From positions 303,475,749 to 303,539,748 of the forward strand of contig NC_085842.1 of NCBI RefSeq assembly GCF_035594765.1: a stretch of DNA of 64,000 bases, read 5' to 3'. Shown piece after piece: positions 61,125 to 64,000 of the stretch. The notes under the pieces are model-generated. The model had not been told where the DNA came from and searched no databases. It saw nothing but the letters and a program-made list of their open reading frames with translations. The stretch's first letter is position 1; the number at the start of each line of letters is the position of its first letter. The position numbers and the translations under genes are program-made. The DNA comes from Anolis carolinensis (taxonomy: Eukaryota).

Positions 61125-61442
61125 ACATCTCCCCAGCACACTAGTTGCTTTTCAGTACTAAGAAGACAGTTTTTCCAGTGAAGAGGATGAGTGTCTCTTC
61201 AATAATACGGAATCTACGGTTGGGTTGGTTGCATGTTGCAGACCAATTACTACAAAGCGGTCTGAACCCTGCCACATGCACAATGGAGGATCTTCTTGCA
61301 GTGACACCAGGAGCACTCCAAGTGGCCAGATTCTGGTCAAAGGACATGTAGTATAATGCCAAGTTTTAAACTTTGTTTGCTTTTTTAAAATACATTACAA
61401 CTGTACCCTCGGTTTCGCTTTTGATATGGTAGATAAATAAAG
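61125..61442 (+). mobile_element. Vingi/Ingi-like LINE 3' end
   Basis: C-terminal peptide LLQSGLNPATCTMEDLLAVTPGALQVARFWSKDM* followed by a short 3' UTR ending in AAATAAA. Confidence 0.65.
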
Positions 61443-64000
61443 ACTGTTGGGTTTTCATTTAACATATGGGCAAATTGTGGGAATGCACCAATATACCCTG
61501 AAAGCCAGGAAAGTATGCATACAGTATGACATACAAATCTTTGGTGTACAAAAGTGCACAGGTATCCTGTATGAATGAAATGTTAATAGTATGTTTATGA
61601 GTTGTGTTCTATCTATTTCACTTTTGGAAGAAACCTTATCCATTATCAAGTTGGGAGAGAAGGCAAGATATTTCCAATTTATTTACATTGTAAAAATGAA
61701 ACAATTGGGGAGGGGAGATACATTTCATACAGGTATTTTTTCTCCTAGGGCTGCCATATTAGATATCTATATTTTCAAAGGGAATGGGGACTGAGACTGG
61801 CTCTACACTGTAAAATTATGGCGGATTGACACCACATCAACTGCTTGGCTGAATGCTGTGGGATCCTGAGAGTCGGTGAGGTATCAGCACGCTTTGGCAG
61901 AGAAGTCCAAAAACCTTATAAAACTACAACTTCCAGGATTCTAAAGCAATGAGCCATTGCAGTTAACATGACACCAATCCACATTAATTTTACAGTGTTG
62001 ATGCAGCCAAGCAGAAAGAAATTGGGATGGGATGTTGATTTAGATATGGCAATCTGGGGTCACTTTGACAGGGGTTTTCTACAATATCCCATTTAAAAAG
62101 TTAACAAAGTGACAAAGTCTTTCTTAATGGGAATGCTTGTGCTGGCTAAGGATCTTGCTATTAGCCTGGGTCACTGCCATTATTATGGTTTGGAGAGCAA
62201 CTTTCAAACCATCCTCATCTACTCCATTCTGAAACTGGAAGGCAGACCTGCATTATGCCATTTTATATAAGGGGTATAATTTTACTCTGCCACTGTATAT
62301 AATGGGACTTGAGTATCCACAGATTTTGTTATCCATGGTTCCTCGAACCAAACCCCAAACAATGCCAAGGGCCCTTTATAGTTGCTATATCCATGTGGGA
62401 AAGCCTCACTTAAACTGTTCCTCCCTTTGTAAATCTTGAGCTACTATTTTGCTTTACTTCTCTTATAGAATCTGAGTAAAACCACTATCAAACACTGGAA
62501 AATATGAGAGTGGGAAAATAAACTGTAGAATGAAGGTAGCTACATGTTTTATTATGAGGGTTTAGGGAGCATCAAGCATGCAACATTGGACTTGGGACTA
62601 TAGATTTTTAGTTTGCTAAGTAACGGGATGGGGATGGAACTGAATCTGCCTAGACTCTATACTTTTGCAAAGATGGAGCATATGCCCATCATGAGTTCAT
62701 TCCTTATTAAGTGCATGTAATAGATCTGATTATGCTTGTAACACAAGCATGAAAAATAGCTCAATACCTCCAAATGCCATCTAGTGGTAGAAAATAGGTT
62801 CCTGTCCTATAATAATCCAGAAAAAAATGATTTGCCTGAAAGTGAAGATCAAGATTTTAAAAATAGCCCTGTTCGTATGTACCTATGTATTTGATTTCAT
62901 TTATCCCACCTTTATAAGATATCAGGGTGGCCAACACACAAAACAATTCAAACAATTCCAAATTACAATTGATAAATAATTGAAACAAGGTAAGAATATA
63001 TTACACAATTCAAACAAGTTGAAAGAGCTTATGAGCTAAAAGAGTCAAAACCATGTGCACGAGACTAATAAAAAATATGGCAAGCTTAATGTGCCTAATA
63101 TTTGTATTGCACCTTCTGGTTATTATATAAGCATGCTGTTACATATGTGAAACATCACTTTCTCATGGCTGATGTTTTCACTGCCTCATTCAAGTTTCAC
63201 CTTCTTTTGATCTACCTTCTGTTTGTAGACTTTATTTTAGATTCTTGCTCAGTGCCTATCGATCATCCCTTTCCCAAGCCTTATCCCGGCTTTGCTCCAC
63301 AATTTCAGTTTCTTATGCCTTTTCTTTTCTTCCTCTCTAACATCATGGCTGTGTTTCTTACCTCATGGTGCAGGCATTTCGTCTGCTAGGAGCTAATCCT
63401 TTCTATATATGGTCTTCCTGTAGCTGCATCTGAGCACTGCATACATTACCTAGGATGATAGCACATTAGCGTTTTAAAGCAGAGGTGCCTGCTTTGCTAT
63501 CGTCCACTTTGCTATTGCCTGCTGTAGAATTTTGGGAAATATAGCTTAGGATGGGGCCTTTGGGATTATTAGCCAGAGAGGTCCTGTTTTACAATTCTAA
63601 GGTGATATTGTCCATAGCGGCCAGTAGCTGATCCTTTCTATCTATACACTGCTCTCTGATATTTACATTTTTACCGGATGGTTGTCCACAAAAATGAAAA
63701 CATCTTGCAACAAGACAGATCCTAAGACAGTCCCTAACAGAAGCATGTAGGAAGGCCTTGAAGAATCATTCTTCTGAATGGTGTTCTGCAGAATATATTC
63801 CACTGTGACCACTTCAAGTACTGGATTTATTTTAATATAGACAATATTATCAGCTAATCAGATGTGGAAACATTCTAGTAAGTGATAAGGAGACTCCAGA
63901 TCTCTATAAGAAAGGTACTTCATGCACTTAACCATTGTGGAAGTTTTGGTCACCAACATTTGAATCATGTTTTACTGTGCATGCAGTGTATTCTTTATTC

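Overview
AT-rich vertebrate genomic DNA with a squamate repeat landscape: Sauria SINE, 5S-derived SINE, BovB-like RTE, L2, CR1, Penelope, Vingi, and hAT/Tigger/Harbinger/Chapaev/Helitron MITEs. The source is most likely an Anolis-like lizard (inference). A CpG island at ~18.95-20.45 kb holds the promoter and non-coding first exon of an unidentified minus-strand host gene, and 1-19486 looks like its long first intron. Upstream lie two intact, young retroelements. (1) A 6172-bp Ty3/Gypsy element of the Tf1/sushi group (32924-39095, minus) with apparently identical 1065-bp LTRs, a TTACA TSD, a -1 frameshift signal and a self-priming PBS. (2) A ~6.06-kb DIRS tyrosine-recombinase element (39762-45820, minus) inserted in a CR1. 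The top finding concerns the Gypsy integrase. It lacks the chromodomain typical of its clade and reads ~139 codons into the LTR U3. That acidic tail carries LRDIFAAPSDEESFEGF, a close match to the LEDGF/p75-IBD (TFIIS N-terminal domain) binding motif of CDCA7L/JPO2, suggesting host-factor tethering by motif mimicry. All alignments were made by eye and repeat family names come from recalled consensus features.
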